IMG/VR virus record: IMGVR_UViG_3300037762_000131 | Coordinates: 1-56,382 of that record | DNA length: 56,382 bases | Direction: 5' to 3' (one strand) | From: a virus | Lineage: Duplodnaviria > Caudoviricetes | In this document: in pieces, positions 54,592 to 56,382 of the stretch | Layout of the letters: every line of letters starts with the position of its first letter | How positions within the stretch are numbered: the stretch's first letter is position 1 | Notes under the pieces: model-generated | What the model was told of the DNA's origin: nothing | The model's input: only the letters and a program-made list of their open reading frames with translations | Database searches by the model: none | Position numbers and translations under genes: made by a program

Positions 54592-55149
54592 GTGGAAGTG
54601 GATGACAACGACGACACCACCGTCGGCAAGACCATTCGGATCCCGTTCCCCGACCCGACCGAGCGGACACTCGAGCAGTCCCGCCGCGAGATCGCCCAAC
54701 TCAAAGAACTGCTCGAGGCCGACCTCGAAGCGATCCGAGCGCAGGGCGACATGCGTTACGGGCTCGCCCGCGAGCTGCTCGACACCCGCCTCGGCGACCA
54801 CGCGCATCTGACGACGGAGCGGTTCGAGTCGATCCGCCGGGAAACCATGCTGGCGTTGTCCGCGGCGCAGGCCGCGGTCGACAAGGCCGAGCAGTCGACG
54901 ACGAAGACGATCGACGCGATCCAGGTGAGCATCGCGAAGCAGTTGGAGGCGCTCAGCGTTCAGGTCGGGGCGGAGGTCAAGGCGTTGGAGGAGCAGATCA
55001 TCGCGGTGAAGGAACGCCAGGACCGCAGCGAGGGGAAGGGCGCGGGGATCGCGACGTCGTGGGGTGTCATCGTGGCTGCGGTCGGCGCGGTCGGTGTGTT
55101 GATCTCGATCGTGGTGGTCGTGACGAACCTCCTCACGAACGCCGGCTAG
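54592..55149 (+). CDS. Coiled-coil protein with C-terminal TM helix (lysis-accessory-like)
   Basis: Long heptad region followed by EGKGAG and a hydrophobic helix. Confidence 0.7.
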   Translation: MEVDDNDDTTVGKTIRIPFPDPTERTLEQSRREIAQLKELLEADLEAIRAQGDMRYGLARELLDTRLGDHAHLTTERFESIRRETMLALSAAQAAVDKAEQSTTKTIDAIQVSIAKQLEALSVQVGAEVKALEEQIIAVKERQDRSEGKGAGIATSWGVIVAAVGAVGVLISIVVVVTNLLTNAG

Positions 55150-55496
55150 CCGACTTCGTCCGCGATGGCTGCGCCGAACGTCTCCAACGAAGCGTTCATG
55201 ACGACGTTGAACTCGTCGCGGCGGGTGCTATCAAGCGGCCCGAGGTAGTCGGCGTTCAGTTCCATGACGTCCTCGACGATGTCCTTGTCGCCGCCGATGA
55301 GCACCGTCACGTCAAGCCTGCGCTTGAGCAGGCCGCGCAGCAGGTCGCGCCACCCGATCAGCACCGTGTGTCGCACGAACGGGTCCGTGATCGGGTGGCG
55401 CCACGCCACCGACCGGCCGTCGATGGTCGACGTCACGTGATACCGGTCACCGGTCTCTTGGTGGTCATAGGTTGATTCGATCGACTGTCGCTTCAC
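55146..55496 (-). CDS. Hypothetical cargo protein
   Basis: Follows repeat copy C; converges on the late operon. Confidence 0.65.
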   Translation of the reverse strand: MKRQSIESTYDHQETGDRYHVTSTIDGRSVAWRHPITDPFVRHTVLIGWRDLLRGLLKRRLDVTVLIGGDKDIVEDVMELNADYLGPLDSTRRDEFNVVMNASLETFGAAIADEVG

Positions 55497-55514
55497 TTCT
55501 GCTCATCCTCACTG

Positions 55515-55584
55515 CCGTGACTCCGGTTGACTCCCATCGGCGTGCGAGCCCACGGCACTGCAGCGGACTGCAGCGGCACGCAAC
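55515..55584. repeat. att-arm-like repeat, copy C
   Basis: CCGTGACTCCGGTTGACTCCCATCGGCGTGCGAGCCCAC...ACTGCAGCGGCACGCAAC closely matches copies A and B. Confidence 0.88.
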
Positions 55585-55595
55585 CATGACCGCCA

Positions 55596-55811
55596 TTACT
55601 CCCATGGCTTGCCTGGCGGCCTTCGTAATGCCGACTTGATCGCGTCCCCTACATCGGCCAGCAGCAGCGTCCGCCGAGTCGGCTTCGTCACCACGGCACC
55701 GGCGCCCTCATCCAGGACGTGGTCGGTGGCCTTGAGCCAGTGCAGCGCGCAATACGGGGTGTCGTCGACCAGGGACACTGGCCACACATAGCACAGGATG
55801 CAACGCTTCAT
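55596..55811 (-). CDS. Small Cys/His cargo protein
   Basis: CILC..CALH; GGGGGA RBS. Confidence 0.6.
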   Translation of the reverse strand: MKRCILCYVWPVSLVDDTPYCALHWLKATDHVLDEGAGAVVTKPTRRTLLLADVGDAIKSALRRPPGKPWE

Positions 55812-55823
55812 GGTCCCCCTGAT

Positions 55824-56156
55824 CTATCGCGTGACTCCCGTGTGACTCCCAAACCCGTGGCAGCCCAGCACACCACAGCCCGAACCGCCAGCCAACTCGG
55901 CGACCATGACGACCTTGTCGCCAAGTTCCTCGGTCCACATGTGGACCCGCGCCGTCTCCTCCAACTCGCGGCGGGTGACCTCGATACGGCCGTCAGCTCG
56001 CGACAGCATGGCACCGAGAATCAACGTCAGGATGTCGCCACGCACCATCTCGTACTCCGCGATGCGGTCCCGCACGTAGGACTCCAACGCGTCGAGGAAC
56101 TCCATTTCGTCGAGCGCGAACGCCGTGTCCCGCAGGTCCGTCTCAGGACTCGTCAT
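55824..56156 (-). CDS. Hypothetical cargo protein (3' end overlaps repeat D)
   Basis: ATGA-coupled to the join-spanning ORF. Confidence 0.6.
   Translation of the reverse strand: MTSPETDLRDTAFALDEMEFLDALESYVRDRIAEYEMVRGDILTLILGAMLSRADGRIEVTRRELEETARVHMWTEELGDKVVMVAELAGGSGCGVLGCHGFGSHTGVTR
55830..55850. repeat. Divergent arm-type pair, copy D
   Basis: CGTGACTCCCGTGTGACTCCC, same orientation as the other copies. Confidence 0.65.
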
Positions 56157-56255
56157 CCGATGCGCCCCTCAGCTGCAGCCCGCTGCCACTCCACCCCGCC
56201 ATATTCGAATGGCAGCAGAAACATGGGATGCACCACGACGTGCTCTCCGTCCTCG

Positions 56256-56382
56256 CGCTTGATGATGGGCTGGCCCACACGGCGCTCCTCATCATCGGGA
56301 ACAAAGCCGATGACGACGCCGAGCACACCCCTGTCGGGATAGTTCCAGTAGACGCTGTCGCCCTTGGACGGCGCCCACCACT
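56256..56382. repeat. Terminal direct overlap, copy 2
   Basis: Identical to 1-127. Confidence 0.95.

Overview
This window is an apparently complete, circularly assembled genome (about 56,255 bp unique plus a 127-bp terminal overlap) of a high-GC temperate siphovirus, most likely infecting Actinomycetota. Gene order: leftward cargo array punctuated by copies of an attP-arm-like repeat (55146-56382 joined to 1-2950), putative attP (~2950-3260), tyrosine integrase, XRE repressor, two ParB-fold genes inserted inside the repressor/cro switch, early genes (Xis-like, paralogous HTHs, exonuclease, HNH, Gp3-like protein, DNA methyltransferase, replication protein), HNH-terminase-portal-protease-HK97 capsid, a glycosyltransferase/methyltransferase pair inside the head operon, tail genes with a -1 frameshift chaperone, a very large modular fibre/adhesin locus, and a lysis cassette. 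The strongest candidates for undescribed biology are: (1) a fibre locus whose proteins seem to be wired together by short docking peptides, including a domain that lacks its last beta-strand in two proteins while free copies of that strand occur in other proteins (donor-strand-like branched assembly); (2) reiterated integrase-arm-like repeats that delimit cargo modules and double as ribosome-binding sites; (3) a tandem ParB-fold cassette splitting the genetic switch; (4) a GT4-FkbM plus O-methyltransferase virion-modification pair; (5) a structured RNA and a tiny secreted peptide before the lysis genes. All functional calls come from motif recognition by eye; no database search was run.
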